Of a stretch of DNA of 31,491 nt, positions 31,295-31,491 are shown piece after piece. The DNA comes from a virus (taxonomy: Duplodnaviria > Caudoviricetes). The stretch's first letter is position 1; every line of letters starts with the position of its first letter. The stretch lies in IMG/VR virus record IMGVR_UViG_3300025018_000391, positions 1 through 31,491 of that record, one strand, 5' to 3'. Both the position numbers and the translations under genes were made by a program. Under the pieces are notes generated by a model. It was not told where the DNA came from, ran no database searches, and saw only the letters and a program-made list of their open reading frames with translations.

Positions 31295-31491
31295 ATGAAC
31301 AATGCACTTACAGTACAACAGTTCGTCAAGTCGCCAGCAGTCAAGGACAGAATCCAAGAATTGTTAAAAGACAGAGCTTCACAATTTATTGTGTCTCTTC
31401 TATCAACGGTTAATGCAAGTGATGCACTGCTATCGTGCGAACCTAAGTCGGTACTCAATGCCGCCATGACAGCCGCATCACTTGACTTACC
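31295..31491 (+). CDS. recT: RecT-family ssDNA annealing recombinase (5' part only)
   Basis: Hand translation MNNALTVQQFVKSPAVKDRIQELLKDRASQFIVSLLSTVNASDALLSCEPKSVLNAAMTAASLDL. Confidence 0.8.
   Translation, partial: MNNALTVQQFVKSPAVKDRIQELLKDRASQFIVSLLSTVNASDALLSCEPKSVLNAAMTAASLDL

Noticed and set aside
30944-31467. Minus-strand ORFs 30944-31213 and 31279-31467
   Set aside because: They are antisense to the plus-strand genes, including recT.
1-31491. Stop-codon reassignment (code 25 or 15)
   Set aside because: Core genes are intact in code 11, and TGA, TAG and TAA all end genes at tight junctions.

Overview
This window is a 31.5 kb piece of a tailed dsDNA phage or prophage with a P22/podovirus-like layout. 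It is AT-rich, uses genetic code 11, and has few Shine-Dalgarno sites but many TATAAT-N6/7-ATG leaderless starts. A CPR/Patescibacteria-type host is plausible but unproven. The minus strand reads, right to left: probable terminase small subunit, a structured non-coding region, Zn-finger protein, replication initiator, C5 DNA methyltransferase, terminase large subunit, portal, scaffold, major capsid, fiber/adaptor proteins, two GT2-like glycosyltransferases with a SAM methyltransferase, tail proteins, ejection proteins (LysM, GH73) and an amidase endolysin. The plus strand carries a divergent early region: ArdC-like protein, many micro-ORFs, an HTH protein and partial RecT. The standout is the methyltransferase locus (25345-27099), which appears to use all three minus-strand frames. 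It has an EcoHK31I-beta-like overprinted ORF in +1. It also has a 654-bp insert between motifs IX and X that encodes a self-promoted Zn-finger/HNH endonuclease in +2 while leaving the host frame open, with no clear intron or intein signature. All family assignments come from motif recognition by eye; no searches were run.
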